From: a virus
DNA: 64,000 bases
Strand: one strand, 5' to 3'
IMG/VR virus record: IMGVR_UViG_3300030333_007172
Span: 1 to 64,000 of that record
The position numbers and the translations under genes are program-made. The notes under the pieces are model-generated. The model saw nothing but the letters and a program-made list of their open reading frames with translations, did no database searches and was not told where the DNA came from. Of this stretch, positions 10,206 through 21,550 are shown piece after piece. The first letter of the stretch is position 1; every line of letters starts with the position of its first letter.

Positions 10206-11736
10206 ATTCCGCTACTCTAAATTTAAATACATATGGTTGCTCAACCCAGGATGAAACACCGTAATCATAAAAAGCGAACTTAAATCCGTATGCATATCCT
10301 GGCTCTAATAGATTCATATCAAAATCGAAATAATTTCCTGAGATATCATGGGACAGCAGAGTGCTTAACTCACTTCCAGTTCCATAAGCGACAGCCTCGT
10401 AGCCATCTAATAACCTATAAACTCGATAAGAGGCACTGTGAACTGTCAAGTTCTCTGGATTAGCATTTGCTATAGTGTAAATAGTTGGGCTCCAGTTTTT
10501 CTTTCTTACATACAAATTAAACCTAGCCGTTTCATTGTTTCTATATTTATCTTTTAAATTTGTAATATTCATATAATAAGTGGGTTCTGTAACAACTTCA
10601 GATGCTCGCATTTCAACTGGCGTAATTGAGCCTGTAAAAAATTCAGTTCGTGTGCCGCCACTACTTGTGTGCCAAACATCAAACAATGTCTGTAAAGGGG
10701 TTGAAGAAGCAGTTATTCCTATAGAGCATGAGTAAATGCCTGTAGAAACATGTCCTCCTGTTAGTGCGGTAGTGCCATCATAAAGAACTAGTTTACTTCC
10801 CGTAGGTGTTGCTGAACCAGAATAAAGATTAACTTTTAAAAGCCCATCTGTTAATCCTGGAATATCTGTGAGACGGCCACGAACATAGTTGTACAAATAT
10901 ATGGTATTAAGATTATCGGCAGCAGGGGCTAAAGAGCTACTATAGTAGAAGTCTCCCCGATCATCTGTAACCCGGTCATCCCACCTAGCTTCTAATACAG
11001 GTCTCTTAAAGAAATATTGTGAACCTCTAGCAAAAAATCTTTTTGTGTAGTAAGACTCGGTTGAGCCATCAAGACGCCAAAGAACACTTCCGCTAGCGCC
11101 AGGATAATCATTTGCTGCAGTAGAAGCAGAAAAATATGCCTCTTGAGATGCCGTAAGTTGAATTCCAACCCCATTATTATCATAAGTTCCTGCAATCCAT
11201 TTTTCAACTAGATCAGAGATATCAATTTTCATGTCCTCAATTCCAGTTGTAAATGTTTGACTATAACTTGGAACACCAGAAGAGGTCAAATAATCTCCTC
11301 CAACTAAATCCCAAGGAATTCCTTTAGAACAAGAAATCCAATTCGCACCAGTGTTTTGATCTACTTGATCTTTGTACCCTTCAAGATCTAATCCTATTCC
11401 CTCTTCCCACGAACGAGAAACTGGATATACCATTAGAGTATAGTTTGTCGGAATTGTTTTTGAACTTTCAGCATCAAAAAGACGCAGGTAAAAGCTAACG
11501 TTTCCACTGGCTGGTAAAGTTCCATTAGTTCGATCTGCAGATATGGAAGCAATAGGAAACTTCACGAGAATTCTAGACAACTCTTGCGAAGATGTTGTTT
11601 CGCGTCCATAAATCGAAAACACTTCCATCACATCTGCTAGTCCAGCGTTTGCGCCTGTACCGCGTGTTTCTAAGTTTGGCTGAAACGCGTTGACGATAGT
11701 AGTATCGGCATCTGCTTTATATCTTTTAATCGCCAT
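10195..11736 (-). CDS. Virion structural protein with N-terminal DNRLRE/CBM96-like domain
   Basis: 513 aa; pattern ADADTTI...SRILVKF...PVSRSWEEG...W..GGDY...IDISDLVEKWI...RPVLEARW; lies in the baseplate operon. Confidence 0.6.
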   Translation of the reverse strand: MAIKRYKADADTTIVNAFQPNLETRGTGANAGLADVMEVFSIYGRETTSSQELSRILVKFPIASISADRTNGTLPASGNVSFYLRLFDAESSKTIPTNYTLMVYPVSRSWEEGIGLDLEGYKDQVDQNTGANWISCSKGIPWDLVGGDYLTSSGVPSYSQTFTTGIEDMKIDISDLVEKWIAGTYDNNGVGIQLTASQEAYFSASTAANDYPGASGSVLWRLDGSTESYYTKRFFARGSQYFFKRPVLEARWDDRVTDDRGDFYYSSSLAPAADNLNTIYLYNYVRGRLTDIPGLTDGLLKVNLYSGSATPTGSKLVLYDGTTALTGGHVSTGIYSCSIGITASSTPLQTLFDVWHTSSGGTRTEFFTGSITPVEMRASEVVTEPTYYMNITNLKDKYRNNETARFNLYVRKKNWSPTIYTIANANPENLTVHSASYRVYRLLDGYEAVAYGTGSELSTLLSHDISGNYFDFDMNLLEPGYAYGFKFAFYDYGVSSWVEQPYVFKFRVAEYEY

Positions 11737-13532
11737 TATCTAACTTTTCCTTGAATATCAGACGTTGGGTATTTAATCTCGAAGATAGCGTTTTTAGGGC
11801 AGATTATATAAGTTCCATCTTGTGAAGTATTGTCGTTAATATCATATGTAACTCCGGAATAATTTCCACCGGCCTTGTTTGTAATCTTAACAGTTACAAC
11901 ATCTAAAACTTCTTGAATATTCTTTAATGTGCTATACACATCAGTCACCATTATTTGTTGTCCAATAAAATATGGGTAAGAATAAGCTACGGCCAAACTA
12001 TTGATGCATTTATTTAACAATGTAAATTTATCTACTCCATCTTTAGCGCGAATAACAAATTCTATTCCAAGATTGATAATATAAGGATCTAAGATATCTA
12101 TAGTATCATTTACCATTCTATATTGGTTTAGCCAAGTTTTTAAATTATTTTTAATAGTTGAGTTACAAGGAGTTAATTTTCCAAATGCATTTTCAGATAT
12201 CACATATACATTTAAATTTCTTTTAAGGGAATCAGGGTCTTTTTGAACCGAACATCTTTTTATAGTTCCAAAGTTACTAGGCATTCTATACACAAGATTT
12301 TCATAGTCAGCTTGCGTTACAGCTCTATTTTGAGTTGGAAATGTATCAATTATTCTTCTTTTCATTTCAGAATTGCTAACACGACCTGCAGAGCCCAGAA
12401 TCGGTCTCTCGTTTACTACCTCTAAAGAATTTTGAACTACTGTTACCGTTGATGGCGTTAGAGAGTTTCGATCTGAGAAAAGATAAGCCGAAGATGCTAC
12501 GCTATTTACTCCTCCTGCTGCGACATTAGAATTTGCCGGATTTGTAATTCGATATACGACTCTTAATGTAGTGTTTGATGGAACAACTCCAAAACTATCG
12601 TTTTTAGAAATTCTAGAGGGATCAAATGTAGTATCTGTTATATAACTTTTTCCAAATACGTTTATAGCAACTTCTTGTGGATCCGCAATTGTGTTTGTTT
12701 CTCCAGACTTTCCGCTTCCAAATTGAATGTACGTAAGTGGTCCTATATTTTCTACAGTGTACTTTCTAGATACTAAAAATGGTCTCATTATAGACGGAAC
12801 ATTGTCGTTCTTATAATTAGAGTTTGTCATTTCACGATATACCATATCTTGAGCTAGATATTCTACCTCATAATACTCATGTCCCTCTCTATCAGTAACA
12901 GAAATAATTTCAGCTATATTAGAATTTGATAATTTTAATCGAAGAAATTTTTGAAAATCTCCCACCTCTATGGTTTCTTGGGCAAATTTGCCAGATACAA
13001 TATTTCCATACGCTTTAATAGCATAGTACGTTGGTGCACCGGAACCCTCATCAACTTGAGACACAATGATGGGATTTCCCGGCTCATTGAAATCTACATT
13101 TTCAGTTAAAACAAACGTTAGTCCTGTGGCTGAATTAAATTGTGTACCCCTCTGTAAAACTGGAATATAGTTAGAGTCCGGTCCCATGCCTGTGGGGCTA
13201 GCCGGCACATTAATATAGAGAGCGACTTCCCCATAAGTCGAAGACCTGCCTTTGGATTTATAGCCTAAAATCCTTCCGTGTCTTACAATATTGCTTGTTT
13301 GAAAAGCTGTGTCTAGAAAACATTCGTTAACATTATAATCTAAATAGAATGAAAGCTGGTCGCCAACATAGGCCACTGCATCTAACATCAAACTTCCAAA
13401 AGAGCCTTCACTAAAATCTTGAAACGTGTCGGGGTAAAATCTCTCGGCAATTTGTAACAAATCATTTTTAATAGAGGCATAATCTCTACTGGTGTAATCA
13501 ATAGGGACAATTTTTTCTTGGTCGTTTGGCAT
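11736..13532 (-). CDS. gp6: Baseplate wedge protein (T4 gp6 / baseplate J-like)
   Basis: IDYTSRDYASIKNDL, LDAVAYVGDQLSFYLD, QFGSG, QNRAVTQADYE motifs; follows gp25. Confidence 0.9.
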   Translation of the reverse strand: MPNDQEKIVPIDYTSRDYASIKNDLLQIAERFYPDTFQDFSEGSFGSLMLDAVAYVGDQLSFYLDYNVNECFLDTAFQTSNIVRHGRILGYKSKGRSSTYGEVALYINVPASPTGMGPDSNYIPVLQRGTQFNSATGLTFVLTENVDFNEPGNPIIVSQVDEGSGAPTYYAIKAYGNIVSGKFAQETIEVGDFQKFLRLKLSNSNIAEIISVTDREGHEYYEVEYLAQDMVYREMTNSNYKNDNVPSIMRPFLVSRKYTVENIGPLTYIQFGSGKSGETNTIADPQEVAINVFGKSYITDTTFDPSRISKNDSFGVVPSNTTLRVVYRITNPANSNVAAGGVNSVASSAYLFSDRNSLTPSTVTVVQNSLEVVNERPILGSAGRVSNSEMKRRIIDTFPTQNRAVTQADYENLVYRMPSNFGTIKRCSVQKDPDSLKRNLNVYVISENAFGKLTPCNSTIKNNLKTWLNQYRMVNDTIDILDPYIINLGIEFVIRAKDGVDKFTLLNKCINSLAVAYSYPYFIGQQIMVTDVYSTLKNIQEVLDVVTVKITNKAGGNYSGVTYDINDNTSQDGTYIICPKNAIFEIKYPTSDIQGKVR

Positions 13533-13549
13533 TATAATGTGTCCTTAGT

Positions 13550-13918
13550 TTAAATAGTTAAATCCAACAAATCTGCTACTCCTATTGATGGGATGGAATA
13601 ACTAATCTTCATTTCCATTCTATTCAAATCGGGTTCACTAGATGTAAAATCAATATTATTAACTTTAATATATGGCATATATAGCTCAACTTGTTCATTT
13701 ATTTTTGCAATTATCTTGCTTTGTGTGGATTCTCCATAAAGACTAAACAAGTATGTTTTTAGGCCCACTCCATATGAAGGTATCATAACTCTTTCGCCAG
13801 GTGCCGTTAATAACAGCATTTTAAAATTTTGTCTAGTTAGACTTTTAAAAGTTTTTATTTGTGCAAATCCATCTATACTACTATAGGTTAAGGGTAACTT
13901 GGTTGATAACGAGGCCAT
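13550..13918 (-). CDS. gp25: Baseplate wedge / sheath initiator, gp25 (GPW/gp25 family)
   Basis: 122 aa; QNFKMLLLTAPGERVMIPSYGVGL signature; SD AAGGAG upstream. Confidence 0.92.
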   Translation of the reverse strand: MASLSTKLPLTYSSIDGFAQIKTFKSLTRQNFKMLLLTAPGERVMIPSYGVGLKTYLFSLYGESTQSKIIAKINEQVELYMPYIKVNNIDFTSSEPDLNRMEMKISYSIPSIGVADLLDLTI

Positions 13919-13942
13919 ATAAAACTCCTTTAATTTATATAA

Positions 13943-16900
13943 TTATGTGTCAGATTCTTCTTTAGTGCACAAAACACCATTAGCATTATAAGGATTAGGT
14001 CGTAATTTTCGACGTTTGTACCAGGGAACCACTTCAAATCCGGGCGCCGGAGCAAAAACTTTTCGTAAATTTTGTATTTTTACAGCGCCGGGCTTGCTGG
14101 TTTTTGATACTAATGGATCTCCTGGCTTAAAGTCGCGGGACTCATAATAGGACATAAACAACTTTCTTATTCGTCTTCTTACGTTTACCAAAGTTTCTTT
14201 ATCCCATTTATCCCAATGTAAGCTCCCCCAGTTCCAAAAAGCGTATCCTTTTTCTTTGCGATCTTCTCGCGAGGCCCAACCTTCGCTACCGTAAATAGTT
14301 GTTGTTTCTATTGACTCGCCGGTTTGTGGATCAATTTCGGTTGTTGTTTGTGCTTTGGCGCCTGGTTTATCGTTTAGGTTATCACTTTCATAAGCGCCCG
14401 AAGGAACTGTTACTTCTCCAATAGATGACAAAAATGACATATCGCAATAAATAGCCATAAAAGAAGTAATTTTATTAATTGGAAAAATGAACTGAGTAAT
14501 TGTTTTAAACATAGGATCATCACACAGCTTATTAATCAAACATAGCAATAATTTACTATTCCCTTCTAAAGCTTGCATTTGTTGGCATTTAACATCTAGA
14601 GCATCGATCTCTACTTGAGCTATAGTTTTTTTAGTGTTGTCTGGGAACAGCAATGACATTCTTAAGCCATAACGAACTCCTAATTGTCCTGTTAAAAATT
14701 CTTCATTTGTTGCGCTCGATCTAAATAATTCTAGGGTGCCAGGAAAATGATCTGATATATTATCGCTTGGCTCACCGGTGGCGCGCACCATTTCTACTCC
14801 CTCGCTGGGGCTCATTACAGTTTCGTTTACTTTGATAAATTTTTCTATTACAAATGGTCGCGAGGAAATTTGAGTTACATCTGGCGTATGTGGGTAGCTA
14901 TAGACATCTCCGATGGGTACCGAAATTTTATTTACAAAAGGATTTAAAACATCGTGTTCTTCTTGCATGTGTTCTTCTCCAGTCATATAAATTTTATTTC
15001 CATCATCATCTATATGAATATGATAGTATCCTACATACACATCTCCTAAATTAAGTCCTGAGTTGGGGTTTCTAACTTCTGCTACTGACAGTTCGCCGCC
15101 TGTTGTATATAAATACTCATTTTCGTCAGTGATCCCAATTTGTGAAGTTTCTTCAACTATTTCTTTATCTAAGTCTAGATTTTCACCACCTTGAACAAAT
15201 TTATTAAGAAAGTAATAGTCTAAACGATTATAAGTCGGCTCTATTCCTAAAGTTTTAATATTATTTAAAAACTTATCTCCCATGTAATTTAATTGTTCTA
15301 CGACTAAATCTTTAAAAACTAATTTTGCTTGTTCTTCAGTTCTTTTTACTGCTTCAAAAACTTTTTCTTCTTTAAACAGTCTTAGTCCTTTGGTTTTGTT
15401 AAATTTACGAGTCCATGGCTCGTCTCCTATCTCTATTGCGTCTTTTAAAGATCTTTCAGTATAGAAAGGATACAACTGCTGTGCGCTGTTCAGCGCATCA
15501 CATGCTTCAATTGCTTCCGCACTAGGGTTTATTAAGTCTCCATCATCGGCCCGGCGAGCAAACGTTTGTACTGCTTGCTCTAAAAAAGCATACCAAAATT
15601 CATTTTGTTTAAAAAGGGCAGAAGAATCTTTTAATCCTTCCTCTATTACTTCTATAATGTAACCAGCATATAAGGCTCCAAAATTTGTTTTAAAATCAGG
15701 CTTAAAAGTTAAAAAGGCGGGTAGTGCTTTCATAATATGCGTGCTAATAAATATCCTTAAGGTGGCTGTGATTAGTCCGTCAATTCCTGCTTTCGAATAT
15801 CTTTCTAAAATACGATTGTATGGTACTTCTAAGACACACTCAGGATCCGACGCCAGTCTTTCATCTTCCGGTACGTTTTTATAAACTTCTTGAATTCTTT
15901 CTTCTATATCATCAAAATCAACAAAATCTGCCTCTCGGGGCTTGCAAGGTCCGATATCCGGAAACATTGCTTTAATCATCGCCAACCAGCCTGTATCTTG
16001 TATCGGATGAATATAAAATGGCGGACTAAGATAGCTACCTCCATAATCATCTGGACTTAGATAAATCACTCTGGCGTCTTCACCATTAATATATTGGTCA
16101 TAGCTAACTCCTAAAATACGATCCGAGTTTTTAAGTTTTCGAAATCCTCCGTTTTCTTCATCTTCAACCATGGCATCATAGTAGGGTGTTCCTGCGGGGG
16201 ATGTGGTTTGTCCCTCGGTAACGACATATTCAAAATCTTCTTCGCTTAAATCATCAAAGCCAGCGCCAAATAAAAACGGATCTTCTCTCGATAGCATGTC
16301 GTTGCGTAAGGTATCCATGGCGTAGCTCATAAAATTGTTATATACGCCTTTAAGTGATGTGATTTGATCGCTGTTTAATTGCTCAACGTTCATTTTGTCC
16401 ATCAAGTCCATCAAGAACAATACTTGAGAGGGAGTTGTTGTGGCCTTAGCAAGCGACTCTTGATACCTTTCAAAACTCGTGCTACCCCATACAGTGTCTG
16501 TTAAATGCCAAGGCTCTTGTACTAAAAATTCATATCGTAGCTCAGATTGAATTTCTTGATCATTAGTTGCGTCTGTTGTGGATTCTAGTTTTCTCCAAGT
16601 TCTCCATTTGTCATCTGGTTGGGCAAGATTAAGTAGCTCATATATCGATACACGTGCGTTATTTCCCGGACGGTTTGCGTAACCCGAAGAGGCGCCTTGA
16701 TTTTGAACTTGATGTAAATCACTAGTAAATAAATTAAATTCATACCCAGTTTTCCACGCATACCCTGCTGTTGGCTGTTGACCCGCATTATTATCATGAA
16801 AAGTGAGACTAGCATCGGGAGAAGCTTTTCTACCTTCAATCCGAGTAATAACAGCACCATCCTCCCCATCAACTTTTACCGTATAGTCGGTTGTATATGT

Positions 16901-19900
16901 GACATTGTAGTCAGGAATATCTAACTTAAGTAAATTAACATTTTGAGGCGCATACCAAGTATCCATTCCTGCATCTTTAAATGATTGATATGAAGTTTGG
17001 AGTGGCTGCCAATCGTTTGTATATGAAAAGCTTAAAGAAGCATTGGATAGTTCTGTTCTAAGCCACTCCGCAACATAGTAGGGCAATCCTCCCATTTGAA
17101 TATTTGTAGGCGGAGGATTCATAAAATAAGCAAAAAGATCTCCAGCTGGGGGGCTTGACACTTCAGTGAAAAAATCTACATAACCACCAAAAGGAAAATT
17201 TTCTTTTCTTACATGTACGGAATATGGATATCCGTTTGTATCCGACAGAACTAAGTTAAAAAATCCCCAGTCACTTTCAAACGGTCCAGTACCCAACATA
17301 TCTGTCGCGTAATCAATTTTTAAAGTATCTAAGTCTCCTCCAAGGGCCGAGCCAGCAACCGCTGCAGCTTCATCAGTCATAAAAGGCACGATTCCATTAT
17401 CACATCCGGGATCGGATACTACCGGTGGCATATCCATTCCAGAAGTAGGATTTTGAGCTATATTTGCGGCATCTGCAAGTTCATCAGCCTTATCTTCTAA
17501 TTGCGAATCACACATCTTCTGTATTTGTCTTTCAGTTGCACGATGCTGCAGCATGTTTTGACGGTAATTACAAAATTCTTGTATTTTATCAGGGGAAAGG
17601 CACAAGTTTGGATTAGCCGGCAATTGATCCCCAGGGGGCAGCCTTTCAAGAAAGTCTCTCATATCTGCTTTAGCAGAAGGAGGAAGAACGTTGCCCATAT
17701 CTTTAAAAAAGTTTTTAACAGAATTTTTGTCATTTAAACCAGTTTGAAATTTTGGATATTCTTTTAAAACTTCTTCTGTTGAGTCTAGAAATTCATCAGA
17801 AGGTTCTCCTAAGAAAGCTTCTACCATTTCTTTTCTTGTTACTGCTGAAGATAAATCTTCTGCAAAATTTATAATCTCTGCTTCGTTCGACATCGAAGTG
17901 GAGGTTCCAGTTCCCAAGTTAGAGACTAAATCAGTAATAGCTCTTGATACATCGTTTGCATCGCTATCTGGACCACATAAATGTTCTTTTACTACATTGG
18001 CGAATGTATCTCGACTGTTTAATCCTTGTCCATCAATTAAAATTGGAAGGCCCATTTCAACAGCTTTGCAGGCTGCATTTCCTAGCATAGTGCACATTTT
18101 AACCATTAATTTTTGTAACATTTCTACAATTGCTGTTTGGAGTGCGATTGATACACCATCCCATGTAACACTCCATATATCTCTTGCTTTTGGAATCCAG
18201 CCGTAAGGATTTTGTATAACAGGAAAATAAATGTCGCCAGGATTTCTACAAAATGGAATCTGTATGTCTTTAATCCAATCAGTAAATGTGGGATCTAAAA
18301 CTGGGGGTCTAGGACAATCACCAAGAGCTAAAATTCTTTTCATTATTTGACCACCGGGCATTTTTTCTAATCTATTTAAAAGACTAAATGGATCCGCGAA
18401 ATAATGATCAAGCAAAGCTTGAACATAAGCTTCAAATACATAATTGTTATTTAATGTTGAACCTCTTCCAGTTAAAGTTTCTGCTAAAGTTTTTCTCTGT
18501 CCACTATATAGCTGCAGCTGTGATGGAGTCATATATCTAGTGTCGCCAGGATCCTCTCTTTCGCCACTACCTTCAGGGGCTACATTATCAAAATCTGGTG
18601 TTGTGTCGACAAGCTCTTGTGTCGGCTCGTTTCCTAAACGCCAAAAAGGTTTCATATTAGATAAGTTAATAGGAATCAAAGGGGTTCCTTCTGTGTTTAA
18701 ATTAGACGCTGTGTCTGACACTGACTGCATCCTGCCTCCATTTTTGAAGACATCACCACTGGCTATCTTTCGTTTTGCCAAATCATGTAAGCGAGCCTGA
18801 TCTGACGGGGGCAATCCTAAAAATAAGCTATCAAAATTTTCCCACGACATGCCTCGCAATGTAGCTTCTAAAATTTTACTCATGGCCTCTTCTAAAGGCA
18901 ATTGCTTCATTATACAGTTGGTCATTTCTAAAGCTAAAGCAGTAAAGCCACACAACTTTAGATCACTAAAAACATTAGCGTAAAATTCTTGTAAATTTGG
19001 CGGAGGACCACCTTGAGAAAGACTACCTAACATTACTGTACAAAAGTCTCTTTGCTCAATAAGCTCTGCAAAAGCTTGCTCTTCTGCAAAGGCGAAGAAA
19101 TTTTTATTTTTCTCTCCTTGAGGCGCTTGTGGGTCAAAAACAATTCCAATGTTGGTCCTTTCTTCGGTTTCTTCTCCTAAAGATTTTTTACATATATTTT
19201 TATGAAATTGATAAGCAATAGCATCAACCATACCAAAAGCATCATCTAATAGATCTTGACCCAGCTGTTTTCCTTGATCGCTTAAAATTTTTCCTACACA
19301 ACTTAGTGCTTTGTCGCCATCAGATGCCTCAGCATCAGCATGTCCAAAATTAACTTTTTCTACTATTGCCGGATATGTATAGGTTTTCATAAACTCTATC
19401 CACGGGCTTGGTGTTCTTGCAGTAAGGTCAGATGACATTTTGGACAATTTAGATAAATAACCCATTATAGTAGAATTTTTATAAGGATCTTTTTGTAAAA
19501 GATATTTTAACTGCGCTATATCGTAACTTTTTGGTTTAAGTCCGCAAGTTTCTGTCCATACCCGCAAGCTTAATAGCTGATAGCTGTTATTAAAATTAAA
19601 TTCTAATTTGCTAACTCTATCATTACTCCAGCTCCAAGTGCCGCCAATATTGCCCGTAATATTCATACCTTTTTTATTAAGCCACGCGTCTAGTTCGTTG
19701 AGAACTGATAGCATCAATGACTGTCCTATCCCCCAGTGTCCGTAGCCTTCGAAGCTAAAAACTTTTTGGGTGCTATCAAAAACAAGATTACCTTTATCAA
19801 TTGCTCTATATACTTTGTAATATCCGTTGTACAAGTACAAGCCTTGAGAAACTATTCTAATATTATCTACTAAATCTTGAGCTAGAATCGTAGTGGTATA

Positions 19901-20479
19901 GGCTACTTGCAAGCTTTCTTTGCTGGCAGTTTTTATATTGCCGGCCTTAGCTATATTATCAGAAGTATCTTCTTCGGAAGTTAATATTTCTTCAGATTCT
20001 TCAGCATCGGGAAGTGTATTAAAAACCTCGTACGGAACCGAATATAATAATTTAACTTTAGAAAATGGACGGACATCTAAATCATATTTAGTAAATTCTA
20101 TCGCTTCTCTAACAAGAGATCTAGTTTCAGTTGAGTCTTTTTTGTTGAAGCCAAAAAACAAAGACGACATAGCTTCCTCTATGTAAGAAAGAAAGATCCC
20201 TGCGACATACTCGTCTTCTGCAAGTGGTGTAGTGTGGCTTACGTTTGGTGGATATAGAACAGTTTCCTTAGTGGTTATTGTAGTTTGGTACATACAAATT
20301 TTGCCATTTAACCACGGATCATCAGCAGCTTGAGTGCGCCAACTAGGCACAGGAGCGTTCGGGCTTGGAGTGCAAGAAGGACACTTCTTAGCTGCGGGAG
20401 TATCTATGATGTCATCGCAATGATCCGCAAGAAGGTTGCCATCCGTATCTTGATATTTTAAAAATTTAGATTCGGCCAT
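13943..20479 (-). CDS. Very large cysteine-rich putative virion (baseplate-region) protein
   Basis: 2178 aa between the gp5-like and gp25 genes; many scattered Cys; no catalytic motif recognised. Confidence 0.55.
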   Translation of the reverse strand: MAESKFLKYQDTDGNLLADHCDDIIDTPAAKKCPSCTPSPNAPVPSWRTQAADDPWLNGKICMYQTTITTKETVLYPPNVSHTTPLAEDEYVAGIFLSYIEEAMSSLFFGFNKKDSTETRSLVREAIEFTKYDLDVRPFSKVKLLYSVPYEVFNTLPDAEESEEILTSEEDTSDNIAKAGNIKTASKESLQVAYTTTILAQDLVDNIRIVSQGLYLYNGYYKVYRAIDKGNLVFDSTQKVFSFEGYGHWGIGQSLMLSVLNELDAWLNKKGMNITGNIGGTWSWSNDRVSKLEFNFNNSYQLLSLRVWTETCGLKPKSYDIAQLKYLLQKDPYKNSTIMGYLSKLSKMSSDLTARTPSPWIEFMKTYTYPAIVEKVNFGHADAEASDGDKALSCVGKILSDQGKQLGQDLLDDAFGMVDAIAYQFHKNICKKSLGEETEERTNIGIVFDPQAPQGEKNKNFFAFAEEQAFAELIEQRDFCTVMLGSLSQGGPPPNLQEFYANVFSDLKLCGFTALALEMTNCIMKQLPLEEAMSKILEATLRGMSWENFDSLFLGLPPSDQARLHDLAKRKIASGDVFKNGGRMQSVSDTASNLNTEGTPLIPINLSNMKPFWRLGNEPTQELVDTTPDFDNVAPEGSGEREDPGDTRYMTPSQLQLYSGQRKTLAETLTGRGSTLNNNYVFEAYVQALLDHYFADPFSLLNRLEKMPGGQIMKRILALGDCPRPPVLDPTFTDWIKDIQIPFCRNPGDIYFPVIQNPYGWIPKARDIWSVTWDGVSIALQTAIVEMLQKLMVKMCTMLGNAACKAVEMGLPILIDGQGLNSRDTFANVVKEHLCGPDSDANDVSRAITDLVSNLGTGTSTSMSNEAEIINFAEDLSSAVTRKEMVEAFLGEPSDEFLDSTEEVLKEYPKFQTGLNDKNSVKNFFKDMGNVLPPSAKADMRDFLERLPPGDQLPANPNLCLSPDKIQEFCNYRQNMLQHRATERQIQKMCDSQLEDKADELADAANIAQNPTSGMDMPPVVSDPGCDNGIVPFMTDEAAAVAGSALGGDLDTLKIDYATDMLGTGPFESDWGFFNLVLSDTNGYPYSVHVRKENFPFGGYVDFFTEVSSPPAGDLFAYFMNPPPTNIQMGGLPYYVAEWLRTELSNASLSFSYTNDWQPLQTSYQSFKDAGMDTWYAPQNVNLLKLDIPDYNVTYTTDYTVKVDGEDGAVITRIEGRKASPDASLTFHDNNAGQQPTAGYAWKTGYEFNLFTSDLHQVQNQGASSGYANRPGNNARVSIYELLNLAQPDDKWRTWRKLESTTDATNDQEIQSELRYEFLVQEPWHLTDTVWGSTSFERYQESLAKATTTPSQVLFLMDLMDKMNVEQLNSDQITSLKGVYNNFMSYAMDTLRNDMLSREDPFLFGAGFDDLSEEDFEYVVTEGQTTSPAGTPYYDAMVEDEENGGFRKLKNSDRILGVSYDQYINGEDARVIYLSPDDYGGSYLSPPFYIHPIQDTGWLAMIKAMFPDIGPCKPREADFVDFDDIEERIQEVYKNVPEDERLASDPECVLEVPYNRILERYSKAGIDGLITATLRIFISTHIMKALPAFLTFKPDFKTNFGALYAGYIIEVIEEGLKDSSALFKQNEFWYAFLEQAVQTFARRADDGDLINPSAEAIEACDALNSAQQLYPFYTERSLKDAIEIGDEPWTRKFNKTKGLRLFKEEKVFEAVKRTEEQAKLVFKDLVVEQLNYMGDKFLNNIKTLGIEPTYNRLDYYFLNKFVQGGENLDLDKEIVEETSQIGITDENEYLYTTGGELSVAEVRNPNSGLNLGDVYVGYYHIHIDDDGNKIYMTGEEHMQEEHDVLNPFVNKISVPIGDVYSYPHTPDVTQISSRPFVIEKFIKVNETVMSPSEGVEMVRATGEPSDNISDHFPGTLELFRSSATNEEFLTGQLGVRYGLRMSLLFPDNTKKTIAQVEIDALDVKCQQMQALEGNSKLLLCLINKLCDDPMFKTITQFIFPINKITSFMAIYCDMSFLSSIGEVTVPSGAYESDNLNDKPGAKAQTTTEIDPQTGESIETTTIYGSEGWASREDRKEKGYAFWNWGSLHWDKWDKETLVNVRRRIRKLFMSYYESRDFKPGDPLVSKTSKPGAVKIQNLRKVFAPAPGFEVVPWYKRRKLRPNPYNANGVLCTKEESDT

Positions 20480-20493
20480 GTTGTACTCTATAA

Positions 20494-21534
20494 TTAGGTG
20501 GTAAAAACATTTGTACTCGCTACTCTTTTATGTCCTGTTGGTTCTATGTAATCAAGCTTAAAAACTTTCATATTTGCACGAGTCTGATGAAGACTTCCAT
20601 CGACAGAAGATAACATTCTTGCAATAACAGTGGGCGTAAGGGGTGTCGCCGGAGTTGGCAACCCAAAACCAGGCGCTGGCGCGCCAAGAAGTACCCTATC
20701 TTGGCAATATATTAAAACCAAAGTTGAAAGTGCTCCTATTACATTTTCTAATAATCCACTTAGTTCATCAATGGCATCTTGCGTATTAAGCCCTTTGGCT
20801 ACGCCCTGCAGGGCCGGCACAGTTTTTCCCGGAAGACGAACTCCTGCCGGTGAAAGACCTAGCGCAAAGTTATAATTACCATCATAATTTCCAGCAATTA
20901 ACTCAATTGTAGGCGCCAAAGGAAGCGTGTCGCCTTTGGAGGAAACCTCGTGTTGACTACGAGAGCCACCTGTAACAATCTTTACTCCTTGCCTTCCAAT
21001 AATTCTTACTCCATCAGCTTTTACTGCAATGGCTGAACGACCTTTTATGTCTCCAATTCTGCTACCAAAAGCACCCCCATGTTCGTTTCTGGCCAATCCA
21101 AAATCTTCATCTACATTTGACATCTGACTTATATATATTCTTGCGGCGTCGTCAACAAAACTATTATTTACTATATCTCCATCCTGTGGTCCCTCGCCAG
21201 TCGCTATACGACCTGCGTATCTTCCTACTACGATATCAATGCAACTAGAATATTGAGCACCCTTAGAGCCGTAGCCACTTAGAAGATCTGAAGGTCTATC
21301 TGTTCCAAATACTATATTAGCGCGACCATCACCAACACGAGGATTTTTAATTATTTTTTCATTAGGGGCAGCATTAAAAGATATCTCTGGCTCTTGCGGG
21401 GTAGTATGAGCTAGTCCAGAATCTTGAGGAATATAGTTATAATTTTCTACTTCTTCTGCGCGGCGACGAGCAGTTGGTATACGTCGGCGGCGCGCCTCTG
21501 AAAAACCTGAATCATTCCAAATATATCTTGTCAT
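20494..21534 (-). CDS. Putative baseplate hub/spike-associated protein (gp5 C-terminal-like)
   Basis: 346 aa; short beta-strand repeats (IVFGTDR, IDIVVGR, ARIYISQ, AIAVKADGVRIIGRQGVKIV); position in the baseplate module. Confidence 0.5.
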   Translation of the reverse strand: MTRYIWNDSGFSEARRRRIPTARRRAEEVENYNYIPQDSGLAHTTPQEPEISFNAAPNEKIIKNPRVGDGRANIVFGTDRPSDLLSGYGSKGAQYSSCIDIVVGRYAGRIATGEGPQDGDIVNNSFVDDAARIYISQMSNVDEDFGLARNEHGGAFGSRIGDIKGRSAIAVKADGVRIIGRQGVKIVTGGSRSQHEVSSKGDTLPLAPTIELIAGNYDGNYNFALGLSPAGVRLPGKTVPALQGVAKGLNTQDAIDELSGLLENVIGALSTLVLIYCQDRVLLGAPAPGFGLPTPATPLTPTVIARMLSSVDGSLHQTRANMKVFKLDYIEPTGHKRVASTNVFTT

Positions 21535-21550
21535 TATTAATTATTTCTCT

